A DNA stretch of 64,000 bases from an uncultured Elusimicrobia bacterium (GCA_963702895.1 OY969767.1:864001-928000); one strand, 5' to 3'. Counted from the stretch's first letter, positions 32,575 through 43,048 are shown. Notes: a model not told the origin generated them from the sequence alone. Numbers and translations are program-made.

Positions 32575-33942
32575 AGTCGTCCTGCCAGCCGCATCCGTCG
32601 AGGGCGTGATCCGTGTCCCGGGTGATAAATCGATCTCGCACCGCGCGGTCCTCTTAGGCGCTCTTTCCAATCGCGCCTGCCGGGTCAACAACTTTCTTGA
32701 GGCCGAGGATTGTCTCTGTACGCTCGAAGCCATGCGATCGGCAGGCATTAAGATTGAGCGGCAGGGTTCATCGCTTGAGATTCACGGCCAGGGTCTCGAT
32801 GGCTTCCAAGCGCCGAAGGGCCCGATCTGGTGCGGTAATTCAGGAACGACGACGCGTCTGTTGATGGGCGTGCTGACCGGACAGCCTTTTGAGGCGCGCC
32901 TCGAAGGCGATCCCTCGCTCTCCCGGCGCCCCATGGACCGCGTGATCGAACCTCTGTCCCGGATGGGCGCGTTCTTTTGGGAGGCGTCGTCGTCCGACGT
33001 CCAACGTCCGACGTCGGACCCGCCACACAACAGGCGGGCGCCTGACGTGTGGCGCCTCGAACGTCGGACGGCTGCTTTAACACTTCCGCTGCGGATGATG
33101 GGAACGCGCTCGGTCAAGACGCTCCGCTGGAAAAGTCCCGTGGCCTCCGCGCAGGTGAAGTCGGCGATCCTCCTCGCTGGGCTCTATGCCTCGGGTACCA
33201 CGATCGTGGAAGAGCCCTCCCTTTCGCGCGACCACACCGAACGCATGATGGAAGCCAGCGGGGTCAGCCTGAAGCGTGAAGGCTGTCGTGTTTCCATCGA
33301 CGGCACGGCCGTGATCAGGGCCAGCCAATTCGAGGTGCCGGGCGACTTTTCCAGCGCCGCCTTTCTTCTGGCCGCGGGCCTCTTGCGCTCCGCCGGAGAA
33401 CTCGTCGTGCAGGGGGTTGGTGTCAATCCTACGCGCACAGGCTTTCTGGACGTGGTCAAAGCCATGGGCGGGGCGGTCCGCGCGCTTCGCTCGACGGTCG
33501 TGGGGGGGAACCTCTCGCGGAGCTTGGCGCGAAAAAATCTATTCTTCTGGCGGCCAACATTCAAGGGGACTTGATTCCTCGCGCCATTGATGAGATCCCC
33601 ATCCTCGCGGTTCTGGCCACGCAGGCCAAAGGCAAGACCGTGATCGCGGACGCCGCGGAGCTGCGTGTCAAAGAATCCGATCGTTTGAACGCCCTCCGAA
33701 TTGAACTTTCCAAAATGGGGGCCCGCATCGAGGAGACACCCGGCGGCCTTCTCATCGAGGGGCCGACACCGCTTCGGGGGGCGGTGGTCCAAAGCCATGG
33801 GGACCATCGTCTCGCGATGTCGCTGGCGATCGCGGCGCTTGTCGCGCAGGGGCCCACCACAATTGAGGACGTCGCCTGCGTGGCGACTTCCTTCCCCACG
33901 TTTTGGGACGTCTTGGACCAGGTCCGGATGACGCCGCCATGA
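32564..33942 (+). pseudogene. aroA: EPSP synthase, frameshifted at a G7 run (33502-33508) and carrying an in-frame palindromic insertion
   Basis: PGDKSISHR, GNSGTT, SAQVKSA in one frame; GEPLAEL...IDEIP, ELRVKESDR, GDHR in the next frame. Confidence 0.85.
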
Positions 33943-34556
33943 ACTATCGGAACATCAATCCCCTCTATAGCCCCATCCTCTATGCGTTAGGAAAGCACAG
34001 TGAGGGGACCGCCTTCCAGCTGATCTGGAGGAGACGCGTGGTCGGCCGAGGAAACATCCCTCCCCTCGGGACCCCGGTGATCTTTGCCGCCAATCATCGC
34101 TCGCTCAGTGATCCTCCCAACGTGGGGAGTGCGATCCCCTACCCGATCTTCTATTTCGCGAAAGAAGAGCTCTTTCAGGTGCCGGTCTTGGGGTGGCTCA
34201 TCCGCCGCGTCAATGCCTTTCCCGTGCGGCGCACGGAGCATGATGTGGGTGCTCTCAAAACGGCGATTCGTGTTCTCGAAAATGGCGGCGGGCTCATGCT
34301 CTTCCCGGAAGGCGGCCGGCGCGTCGATCCCCGCCGCCAATGGAAGGCGAAATCCGGCGTGGGAATGCTGGCCTGCAAAACCGGCGCACGGGTGGTCCCG
34401 GTCGGCATCAAAAATGCGGATCGATTCATGCGCCTGGCGAGGCTTGAAGTGCGGTTCGGAAAACCGGTCTTTCCCCCTCAATCGTCGACCCCAGAAGACT
34501 ATCAAAAGGTGACGGACGAAGTGATACGCCGGATTAAGGAGCTATGTCATGAATGA
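33939..34556 (+). CDS. plsC: 1-acyl-sn-glycerol-3-phosphate acyltransferase
   Basis: NHRSLSD, AKEELF, FPEG. Confidence 0.9.
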   Translation: MNYRNINPLYSPILYALGKHSEGTAFQLIWRRRVVGRGNIPPLGTPVIFAANHRSLSDPPNVGSAIPYPIFYFAKEELFQVPVLGWLIRRVNAFPVRRTEHDVGALKTAIRVLENGGGLMLFPEGGRRVDPRRQWKAKSGVGMLACKTGARVVPVGIKNADRFMRLARLEVRFGKPVFPPQSSTPEDYQKVTDEVIRRIKELCHE

Positions 34557-34740
34557 ACTCAAACCCATCCTACGACTCTTGGTCATGGTCCAGATCTTTT
34601 TGTTGTTTATGGTGATCTTTTTGCCGTTTCTGGTTCACCTGCTCCAGGGGCCGGGCGGCCGATTTCTTTACGTGATACTCTCCCTTTTTGGCATCGTTCA
34701 GGCGCTTCTTCTGCGCCGCGTGCTCGCCCAGCTCACGTAG
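34549..34740 (+). CDS. Small hypothetical membrane protein
   Basis: AAGGAG SD, two TM helices, overlaps the plsC end. Confidence 0.6.
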   Translation: MNELKPILRLLVMVQIFLLFMVIFLPFLVHLLQGPGGRFLYVILSLFGIVQALLLRRVLAQLT

Positions 34741-34800
34741 CTCCTTTCCTCCAGAACGCCTGGCCCTGCCGTCGTCATGCCGGTATGGTATACTCGTCCT

Positions 34801-36483
34801 ATGTCTGACGATAAACTCACCATCGACGACATGTCCATGAGCGATCTGCTCGCGGGCCTTCCCGAAAAGGTCCATTCCGGAACCGTGGTGCAAGCCCGGG
34901 TCCTGGGCAAGAACGCCGATGGCGTCCTGGTGGACATCGGGCTTAAAATGGAAGGCCTCATTCCCAAAATTGAATTCCCGAATTTTGATCAGGCGCTGCC
35001 GTTCAAGGAGGGGGAAACGATTCCCGTTCTGGTCCGTCAGATCGAAGGCCACGACAACTACCACCGCGTCTCCTGGCGTTCCGCCCGTGAGATGTCCGCT
35101 TGGGACAAGCTCTATGCGGCCTATCAGGGCCAGCAGGCTGTGGAGGCGACCATCACGAAGAAGGTCAAAGGTGGCTATGTCGTCGATGTGGGTTGTGATG
35201 CGTTCCTGCCGGGGTCACAACTCGAATTAAGGCCGAGCCATCAGGCGGAGGCCTGGCTCCAAAAGAAAATCTCTGTCCTCATTACGGAAATAGATCGCGC
35301 GAAGTCCAATGTGGTGGTGTCGCGGCGCAAGCTCCTCGAAAAAGAGCGCACCCGCAACCGGGAAGCCACCCTGTCCCATCTGACCGAAGGCCATGTCGTC
35401 ACAGGGACCGTGACCAGCATCACCAGTTTTGGCGCCTTCGTCGATATTGGGGGCATCGAAGGCCTGCTGCATGTGTCCGACATGTCCTGGAGCCGCTCTG
35501 AAAAACCGTCCGCTTGTGTGAAGGTGGGGCAAACGCTTGAACTGAAGGTTCTGAAATACGATCCCGCGACGCATCGCATTTCCTTGGGTCTGAAGCAGCT
35601 CAAAGCTCATCCCTGGGCGAATGTCCCCGCCAAGTATCCGGTCGGGACCCTTGTCCACGGCCGTGTGACGACGATGACCAATTTTGGCGCGTTTGTGGAG
35701 TTGGAAGCGGGCGTCGAAGGCTTGATCCATGTGAGTGAGATTTCATGGAAAGAGCGCGCCGCCAAGCCCCACGAGACGTTTAAGCACGGACAAGAGGTCA
35801 CGGCGAAAGTCATTTTGGTGGACCCTTCGAAAGAAAAGCTTTCACTCTCACTGAAAAGACTCGGCACAAGCCCCTGGGAATTGGCTAAGACGCATTATCC
35901 TCTTGGAACAAGGATCCGAGGCCCTGTCACGCATTTAACGCCGTTTGGGGCCTTTGTCATGCTTCCTGAGGGCATTGAGGGGCTCGTCCACATCTCGGAT
36001 ATGTCCTGGACCAAGAAAATCCAGCATCCTTCCGAGTTGCTCAAGGTGGGCCAGGAGATCGAAGCGGTTCTCATCGACCTTAAGGTGGAGGCGGAAAAGA
36101 TCGTCCTTTCTCTCAAACATTTGCAGCCCGATCCATTTTCAGCGCTCAAGGTCGGACAATCCGTGACGGGGCGCGTCATTCGGAGCGGTGAAAGCGGCGT
36201 GACGCTCGAGCTTCCGTCGGGGATGGAGGCCCATATTCGACAGAGTGAGCTCTCCGAAGATGCCACGGGCCGCGTGCATGTGCCCGCCGCGGGCGAAGAG
36301 GTGACGGCCAAAGTGTTGCGTCTTGAGGCGCGAGAGCGCCGCGTGGATTTGTCCGTACGGCGACACGATCGTGAGGAAGAGCGACATTTGCTCAAACGCT
36401 ACGGTGGACACAACCAGCAACCGCTCACGCTCGGTGACGTCCTCATCGAAGCCGAACCGGAAGAAACACCCCCCAACCAATAG
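34801..36483 (+). CDS. rpsA: 30S ribosomal protein S1
   Basis: Six S1-like repeats (FGAFVD..GIEGLLHVSDMSW etc.). Confidence 0.95.
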   Translation: MSDDKLTIDDMSMSDLLAGLPEKVHSGTVVQARVLGKNADGVLVDIGLKMEGLIPKIEFPNFDQALPFKEGETIPVLVRQIEGHDNYHRVSWRSAREMSAWDKLYAAYQGQQAVEATITKKVKGGYVVDVGCDAFLPGSQLELRPSHQAEAWLQKKISVLITEIDRAKSNVVVSRRKLLEKERTRNREATLSHLTEGHVVTGTVTSITSFGAFVDIGGIEGLLHVSDMSWSRSEKPSACVKVGQTLELKVLKYDPATHRISLGLKQLKAHPWANVPAKYPVGTLVHGRVTTMTNFGAFVELEAGVEGLIHVSEISWKERAAKPHETFKHGQEVTAKVILVDPSKEKLSLSLKRLGTSPWELAKTHYPLGTRIRGPVTHLTPFGAFVMLPEGIEGLVHISDMSWTKKIQHPSELLKVGQEIEAVLIDLKVEAEKIVLSLKHLQPDPFSALKVGQSVTGRVIRSGESGVTLELPSGMEAHIRQSELSEDATGRVHVPAAGEEVTAKVLRLEARERRVDLSVRRHDREEERHLLKRYGGHNQQPLTLGDVLIEAEPEETPPNQ

Positions 36484-36484
36484 T

Positions 36485-37297
36485 GTGAAAGACCGCTCGA
36501 AACTCTGGGACGCCTCCCTCCTTGCAGGGGGCATGCTCCTGGTGGGCGTCACCCTCAAATCTTATCGCTCGTTTAGCGTCCCGACAGGACCGCCTCAATA
36601 CCACAAACTCACCGCCAAAGAGGCCGAGGGCACCATCAGGTCCATCCAATCCTTTTTAGAAACCCACCCTGAAGATTTCAAAGCTTGGGCGCGCCTGGCC
36701 ATCGCCTACTACTACAAAGGGCCAGAATTTTATGGCGATGGGCTCAATGCGCTTGAGAAAGCCAGAAGTCTGGGCGCGACGAGTGAAATCCTCTTTTATT
36801 ACGCGGGCCTGATGTATGAGGCGCTGGGCCTGCCGGAGTACGCTTATCACGAGCTTTCCAAGTATCTGCGTCACTTCCCGGATGATTTTGAAACACGCGT
36901 GCGCCTGGCGAATGTGCTCGCCAAGCAAGGCAAGACAGAGGAAGCCTATAAGCAATACGGCCTCCTCACCGAAAAGTGGCCGAAAGATGCGACGCTCTGG
37001 TATAACTTCGGCGTGGTGAGCAAGGAAAGAGGCGACTTGGATGGCGCTCTCTCATGCTTTTTAAAGGCCAAGGAACTTTCTAAAACGCTTCCGGAGGGGG
37101 GGATTTTTCAGCAGGGCGAGGTCATGCGGCTAAAAGGCTCTTTGGACGAGGCCATGGCCTTCTATCAACAAGAACTTGCTTTGCACCCCCAGCACATGCC
37201 CTCCCTTTTGGCGCTGGAGGCTCTTCAAAAGAAGAAAAGCTTATGGAAAGAGGCACGCGAAACACGTAAAAAGATAAACGACCTCAAACAACCGTAA
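36485..37297 (+). CDS. Tetratricopeptide-repeat protein with an N-terminal TM anchor
   Basis: Repeated TPR patterns (AWARLAIAYY, LWYNFGVV); GTG start inferred. Confidence 0.8.
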   Translation: MKDRSKLWDASLLAGGMLLVGVTLKSYRSFSVPTGPPQYHKLTAKEAEGTIRSIQSFLETHPEDFKAWARLAIAYYYKGPEFYGDGLNALEKARSLGATSEILFYYAGLMYEALGLPEYAYHELSKYLRHFPDDFETRVRLANVLAKQGKTEEAYKQYGLLTEKWPKDATLWYNFGVVSKERGDLDGALSCFLKAKELSKTLPEGGIFQQGEVMRLKGSLDEAMAFYQQELALHPQHMPSLLALEALQKKKSLWKEARETRKKINDLKQP

Positions 37298-37846
37298 GCC
37301 CCCCCCCGCCTGTTGGCCAAGTTTCAGGCCTGAAATTACAAATCGGCTCTATTTCTAGGCATTTTCTCGACGGTAAACGCACAAAAATACGATTTTAGGG
37401 GGGTATTTTTTTTATCTGAGGTCTAGACATGTCTGCAATTTCTGGCGGATTCACGGTCTTTTCGATGTCTCATGAATTGGAACTGTTTTGGGCCAGTGGC
37501 TCTGTTGGTGTGCGTGTGCTTGCGCTGATGGTTTGAATTCGGACAGAACGACGCCTCTCCTTCTAAGGGGGATCTGTCTCTGCTTTGATCCTGTTCCAGA
37601 GAGTCTTTTCACGAGTCGCCATTCGCAGCTCTCCATCCTGAGGTATTCCTCAATCTTGCGACCGATTCGCCCTAAATTGCCAGGAATTTGGCAAATTTGT
37701 GGTCAAAATTCGTCCAAAATCGACTGCTAGTTCTCAATCCTGCAAGCAATCTCGATAGCTGACTCGAAGATGCCTCAACTCCCTCGCATATGAGCACATT
37801 CCGTATGTAAATTCGACAGAAATGGCATCGTCGACAAATTGACAAC

Positions 37847-37874
37847 ATGTAATATAATATTGGTTATCAGAAGC
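37847..37874 (-). other. dif: Candidate dif site (XerC/XerD recombination site)
   Basis: GCTTCTGATAA-CCAATA-TTATATTACAT, an 11-6-11 layout; located where gene orientation converges. Confidence 0.7.
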
Positions 37875-37988
37875 ATCGAATTGAGGAGAAAGGGGGAGAA
37901 AAGTCAAAAGGATAGGGGTGAAATTACGTGTACTTTTATCTGCCGCCAGCCGGCGGAAACCGGGCTGGCGCTAACTGGTGATTGCTGG

Positions 37989-40181
37989 CTAGACCTGCCA
38001 GTTCAGGACGAAGGTATCTTCGGTAGGATAAGGTATTTGAAGGGTTGCTTCCGCCGGCCAGCGTTCCTGCTCTAAGCCGTCTTTGAGGACCTTCACGTAG
38101 ATTTTGAAATCTTGTTTTTGCTCATTCTTGAGCCACTCCAGTGGCAAAGCAATTTCCATGACCTTCTTGTACTTCCCAAGATAGCCTTTTGGCGCCTCTG
38201 GCAGCACGTTGCCCTTCTTGTGATCCCTCATTTCGCCCAAGACCTGGCCATCCTCATCTGCTCGAAGGCTGATTTCTTTGACCGTTTCGTGCTCTACGAA
38301 AACGCGTAATTCCAGTCCTTTCATCGGATCGGTTCGCTGTCCAAAGTCAAATCTTAAGTAAATAGCCTCACGGTCATAGCCGAAATAGATGCTTTTCACG
38401 AGATTTTCGGCTTTCTGCATCGTTCCTGTACCGCTTGCTTCCGTGTGGTAATAGCCCGCGGAACGCCACTCAAAATAGCCGGTGATCTTGCCATCGAGCA
38501 CCGGTTTGATGAAATCGACCGGATCCACGATGCTCGCCTTTTGCCTTTTCTTTTTAATCGGCAGATGCAGATCATCGGGTACTTTTTCCCCCAAGAGCAC
38601 ATAGACATTCATGAGGTGTCGCCGGAAAAGGTAGTCGAAGGCGCCATCGTTGGCGGACGAGTGGTCTTCGCCAAACCACCAGCACCAATCACTTCCTTCG
38701 GCGATATAAATCTCCTCCCAGGCCTGGGCCGCTTGAGGACTTGCCTTGAGCTCCGGCTGGGCCTGCAGCGTGTCGACGAGAAACTGACGTGTCCGGAAGA
38801 GCAGATCCCAGGCCATATTGTCTTCGCCGTGTCCTATCCAGATCGCGTAATTGCTGTTGATCCAGGAGCCTGACCAGAGCTGATGGAGCGTCTTCACGTC
38901 ATTGGACCGATTGAGATAATCGGACCCTCGGACGGTCTCAAGCAAGGGATCACTCGATATTTGTCTGTAGAGGGCCCTCAAGAAGGGCAGCCCGTCGTCC
39001 GCGTAGTATTCCCAACAGTTTTCCCCATCGAGGATCACCGAAACGACATGCGGTTGTCTTGGGTCCTTGAACGAGTTCCTGATCTTATGCAGACGGTTGA
39101 TGAAGTCCCTTGCTGCCGCTTCGGGGTCCCAGGAGGCGTAGACAAAGCCGATGGCGTCGGAGAGCTCGTGGTCGCGGAAAAAAAGATGGAGGTCCTTATC
39201 GCCAAGAATCAAGCGATAAGGCTCATAGAGAAGCTCCTTACGGTAAGTCTGAGGCGGCAGAGAGCGCGCTAAGATTTGCTCGTCGGTCGCTGCCCAACGG
39301 AGACCCGATTCTGCGATCAATCGGGCCGCTTCTTCCGACACGGACCCTTCCGAAGGCCAAAGGCCTTGGGGCGCCTGACCAAAGCGGCGCGTGTAGTCTT
39401 CCACGGCGCGTTTGATCTGTTCTCGGGCGTCTTCCGGATGGCAAAAACGGTGTTTAGGCAAAAGGATGTTGGGAAGCGCGACGCGGGCCGACTCCGTATC
39501 GCACAAGAGCGGCAGGATGGGGTGATAAAAGGGGGTGGTCGTCACCTCAATCTGCCCTTTGTCCTGCAAAGCCTTGTGTTTGGCGACGACCTGCGCGCAA
39601 ATCTCTAATTGTTTGCGGACGAGCCTCTGCTTGTCCTCTTCCGTGAAGTTTTTCCCCTTCTTGAACAAGTCGTGGAGAAAAGGATCAGTCTGTCTCCAAA
39701 GGGGGTCAAACCAGGTCAGATTAAACCAGGCTTGCAGGTCCCGCCAGTCTTGTTCCTTAAAGTACTTCTGGGTGCGAGACAGGCTCTCAGGCGTCGTCAT
39801 TCGTCCCCGTTTATCGAGGAGCTCACAGTAGCGAGGATAGGGATCGATCATGTGTTCCCAATGGGCCATAAAAAAGTTTTGCAGGATGAACTGACGATCA
39901 TCGAAGCTGAGTTCGGAAGGATGTTTGAGCGTGAGCTCAAGGAACCGGTCCTGGGCCTTCTGTTCGGCGTAATCATCGAGCTGCGCGAGCAGCGAAGGAA
40001 CCAGATTAAAGTTGGCCTTGATGGACGGGAACTCGTCGAGCAGCGCCACCATGTCGTAGTAGTCTTTGGTCGCGTGCAGACGCACCCAAGGCATCTCGTA
40101 CCGATTCTTTAATCCGTCTTTATAGAGAGGCTGGTGCTGGTGCCAAAGAAAAAGGACGGACAGTGGAGTCTCAGCGGTCAT
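37989..40181 (-). CDS. Glycoside hydrolase family 57 (amylopullulanase-like)
   Basis: WHQHQP, PFYHPILPLL, WPSEG, LDGENCWE, AEGSDWCWW. Confidence 0.92.
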   Translation of the reverse strand: MTAETPLSVLFLWHQHQPLYKDGLKNRYEMPWVRLHATKDYYDMVALLDEFPSIKANFNLVPSLLAQLDDYAEQKAQDRFLELTLKHPSELSFDDRQFILQNFFMAHWEHMIDPYPRYCELLDKRGRMTTPESLSRTQKYFKEQDWRDLQAWFNLTWFDPLWRQTDPFLHDLFKKGKNFTEEDKQRLVRKQLEICAQVVAKHKALQDKGQIEVTTTPFYHPILPLLCDTESARVALPNILLPKHRFCHPEDAREQIKRAVEDYTRRFGQAPQGLWPSEGSVSEEAARLIAESGLRWAATDEQILARSLPPQTYRKELLYEPYRLILGDKDLHLFFRDHELSDAIGFVYASWDPEAAARDFINRLHKIRNSFKDPRQPHVVSVILDGENCWEYYADDGLPFLRALYRQISSDPLLETVRGSDYLNRSNDVKTLHQLWSGSWINSNYAIWIGHGEDNMAWDLLFRTRQFLVDTLQAQPELKASPQAAQAWEEIYIAEGSDWCWWFGEDHSSANDGAFDYLFRRHLMNVYVLLGEKVPDDLHLPIKKKRQKASIVDPVDFIKPVLDGKITGYFEWRSAGYYHTEASGTGTMQKAENLVKSIYFGYDREAIYLRFDFGQRTDPMKGLELRVFVEHETVKEISLRADEDGQVLGEMRDHKKGNVLPEAPKGYLGKYKKVMEIALPLEWLKNEQKQDFKIYVKVLKDGLEQERWPAEATLQIPYPTEDTFVLNWQV

Positions 40182-40201
40182 AAAAGGCCCAACAACTTGC
40201 T

Positions 40202-41572
40202 TTAGAAGCGTCCAACGGCTTCAAGGACAATGCGCTGGGCATTGTTGGTGAACGCGCCATAGGCTTTGCCGGGAGAAAACACCGCGTAGGAGGCCCGAAA
40301 CGACATGTAGTTGGTGTAGGCAAAACCTATTCCGATGTCGAGTTCCGTGCCCAAAGAGGACTCCGAGGGGGCAGGCGAGAAGTTGGTGCTTTCCTGCGCG
40401 GTGAAGACAAAATAGTCGATTCCGATCGACAGAAGGCTCGTCGGATGCATCGTGACGCCTGCGCCGATCACGCGGAGTCCCGAATTGCCCGCGGGCAGGC
40501 CCGAGACCGTGGGCGTGGAAGACGTCGGACCGTAGGTGCTCGACGGGAGCGCGTCATAGAGCGTGGAACCATAAAATTCGCCGAAGCCCGAACGCTCCAG
40601 GCCATCGACCTTGTGGCCAAAACTCGGGCGGAAAGAATTGTCGCTCGAGCCGCCGGAGTCGCCGCTCGCCATGCCAAAGAGGCCGTGGATTTCGATCGGG
40701 CCGTACTTGCTAAAGCGCGTAAAAAGTCCCGCCGACATCAGGAAGGCATAGCCTCCCAGGTCGACCGAGCCCAGCGTCGCACTGGAGCGGCTCACGCTTC
40801 CACTCTGAAGAGCGACTTCCCCCTTATAGAACCCGCCTTCACGGAGCCGTCCCTCAATGCGGGCATCGTAAAAAGTTCTCGTGATTCTTGAGGCTGTCCA
40901 GTTGGTGTCGGGGGCGAAGCCGCCCGCGTTTTCGGAAGGTCGAATATAAACCGTGCTGCCGCTTGTGTCGCGTTCGGTGACGACGGAAGCTTGGTAGCGA
41001 ATGTTGCGGGTCGGCTTGGTGAGCTCAATGCCGTAAATGTCGGTGTCACTGGAGCCCACGAGGCTTTCGGAGGCCTTGAAGGTAAACAGTTGGGCCTGCA
41101 AGCCGTACCATGGGAGCCTGGACTCGAGGCGAATGCCCGTGAAGCCGAGATCATCATCGGAGAGGACGAACCCATCGCCCAAGATGATCGGCTGTCGGCC
41201 AAGGGTGACGTCGACCGGAAGATCATAGAGTTGAGTCGCTTTCATGTAAGCGGTCTGGACCCAGGGGGTAAACGTGGTATTGGGATAGCGTGAACCAGCA
41301 GGGTTGGCTGACGGCACGGTCACCGTGCTCGAGGAACCCGCGATGCCAATGGCCTGGAATTGCGTCTTAAATTCGATATTGGGCGAGAATTTCCCTCCGA
41401 TGTAGGCTTGGAGTCTTTGTGAATAATAGGCGTAGTCCTGATTGTCGGTGGCGCCATAATCAACGTTACTCATGGAAATGCCGCGAAGGCGGTAGTTCGT
41501 CCCAATATCGAGTGAAGAGGAAGCGATCGCGGTGGAACTTGCGAGAAAGAGAAGAGAAATGATTTTTTTCAT
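40202..41572 (-). CDS. Outer-membrane beta-barrel protein (alginate-export/porin-like)
   Basis: Signal peptide MKKIISLLFLASSTAIA, TLGRQ..GDG, LGTELD, C-terminal Phe. Confidence 0.75.
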   Translation of the reverse strand: MKKIISLLFLASSTAIASSSLDIGTNYRLRGISMSNVDYGATDNQDYAYYSQRLQAYIGGKFSPNIEFKTQFQAIGIAGSSSTVTVPSANPAGSRYPNTTFTPWVQTAYMKATQLYDLPVDVTLGRQPIILGDGFVLSDDDLGFTGIRLESRLPWYGLQAQLFTFKASESLVGSSDTDIYGIELTKPTRNIRYQASVVTERDTSGSTVYIRPSENAGGFAPDTNWTASRITRTFYDARIEGRLREGGFYKGEVALQSGSVSRSSATLGSVDLGGYAFLMSAGLFTRFSKYGPIEIHGLFGMASGDSGGSSDNSFRPSFGHKVDGLERSGFGEFYGSTLYDALPSSTYGPTSSTPTVSGLPAGNSGLRVIGAGVTMHPTSLLSIGIDYFVFTAQESTNFSPAPSESSLGTELDIGIGFAYTNYMSFRASYAVFSPGKAYGAFTNNAQRIVLEAVGRF

Positions 41573-41582
41573 TCGCGCCATT

Positions 41583-41637
41583 ATAAAACAAACCCCCGGC
41601 CCCCTGCCACCAAACGCCGGTGGCCGGGGCCGGGGGT
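41583..41637 (-). terminator. Rho-independent terminator after the upstream beta-barrel gene
   Basis: Long GC-rich hairpin followed by TTTGTTTTAT on the minus strand. Confidence 0.7.
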
Positions 41638-41655
41638 CTTCAGAAGCGGCTCAGT

Positions 41656-42939
41656 TTAGAACTTTATTTTGACGTCTCCGCCAATTCGAAGGATCGGACT
41701 GCTGCCCGTTCCGGGCGCGTTTCGAAGCGCGTCACCCAGTTGGAACGAAGCCGCGTTGGCTTCGAGCGTCACGTTGTCGGAATGCTTCCACGAAACGACG
41801 AGGTCGTATTCCGTCCCGAGGTTGCTCAGCCCTGGATTGACTCCAGAGAGCTTGTCCGCTTTTTGGAAGTAATACCAGCTCGCATCGATGCCGAGCTTCT
41901 TCATCAGCGTGACGCCAGCGCTGAGGTCCATGACTTCCAAGTTGCTCAGGCCCGTGGATGAGGCGCCGCCATGGAGTGTCGACGGCCCAACGTTGCTGTG
42001 CTGTCCCCAGATGAGGCCGAAGCGCTTTTCCGCCGCGATGGGTTCGAAGGTCGCAGACCCTTTGCCCCACTCCGCCGATGCCCGGATCGGCATATCGTTC
42101 TTGCTTTGGCCAAATGCCAGAGCGAGAAAGTATGCGTCCCCATCGTAGCCGGCGCCGTCTCCAGCGATGCTGTTATCGCGCCCGCCGTTGAGCATGAGTT
42201 CTGCGCGATAGCTTAAGCCCGCCACTTTCGGGATATCGCCGTGGACCACGAGGTCCAGGACGTTGAGGAGGTCGTTGCCTTCAGCGCCATCGTTTTTAGT
42301 GTGTCCGATATAGTAACCAGCCGCGGCTTGCAGGACCTTAAAGTAGTCAGTCTCAACCTGCCCGCCGTAGATGTCTGTGTCGGTGTTCGCCGTCGCGCCA
42401 GTTGCGCTGGTGTCGGCGATCTTGCCGGCGATGAGCTGGAGCTTCCCAAAGTCCTTGAGGCCCATGTCGGCGCGGAAGAGATCCACAGCCGTCACGCTCA
42501 GGACTTCGTCGTTCGTCGGGCCGAAGTAGATGACGAGGTCATTCGGATTGCCATAGAACTGGCGTCCCATGGTCAGGTCCATATGGCCGAACACCTTGTC
42601 GATCTTTGCGTAGGCATTGTCTACGACGAGGTTCGACTGAACCGTGTTCAGGTCTTCCCCTGCGTTTCCATACTGTCGATTGTTCTTCCGCAAGAGGATC
42701 CGGGCATGAACATCATCGAGCAGGTCGAAAGATCCCCCCAGCATCAGCCGGGTATTGACCTCACTGCGGTAGTCATCCGTGGCTGAATCGCGGTCGGTCT
42801 CGTTGTCGATGCCGAAGACTCTGGTTTCGATACTTCCATCGGCTTTGAAGTTTTTAACAAGCTCCGCACGGGCTGGAAGAGAGATAGAGTAGACCAGCGC
42901 CAGCGCGAGGCTCAGGCTAGCAAGCTTTTTAACGAACAT
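41656..42939 (-). CDS. Outer-membrane beta-barrel protein (porin-like), probably related to the downstream gene
   Basis: Signal peptide, TMGRQFYG, LGTEYD, ends in IKF; AGGGGG SD. Confidence 0.75.
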   Translation of the reverse strand: MFVKKLASLSLALALVYSISLPARAELVKNFKADGSIETRVFGIDNETDRDSATDDYRSEVNTRLMLGGSFDLLDDVHARILLRKNNRQYGNAGEDLNTVQSNLVVDNAYAKIDKVFGHMDLTMGRQFYGNPNDLVIYFGPTNDEVLSVTAVDLFRADMGLKDFGKLQLIAGKIADTSATGATANTDTDIYGGQVETDYFKVLQAAAGYYIGHTKNDGAEGNDLLNVLDLVVHGDIPKVAGLSYRAELMLNGGRDNSIAGDGAGYDGDAYFLALAFGQSKNDMPIRASAEWGKGSATFEPIAAEKRFGLIWGQHSNVGPSTLHGGASSTGLSNLEVMDLSAGVTLMKKLGIDASWYYFQKADKLSGVNPGLSNLGTEYDLVVSWKHSDNVTLEANAASFQLGDALRNAPGTGSSPILRIGGDVKIKF

Positions 42940-43048
42940 GGAATTTCCCCCTTTATATCGTCTTTGATGTTTTGCTTCACCGCTACCTTAGCGGCAGCGA
43001 AATACTAGACAACTTTTCTCTGAGTGTCAAGAGACGGCCTGAATATTC

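Noticed and set aside
37839..37858. TTGACA...TATAAT as a sigma70 promoter
   Set aside because: The spacer is only 8 nt; the TATAAT is better explained as part of the dif-like site.
37298..37988. oriC or coding genes in the AT-richer gap
   Set aside because: No DnaA-box cluster was seen, the flanking genes converge rather than diverge, and the short ORFs have no recognisable motifs.
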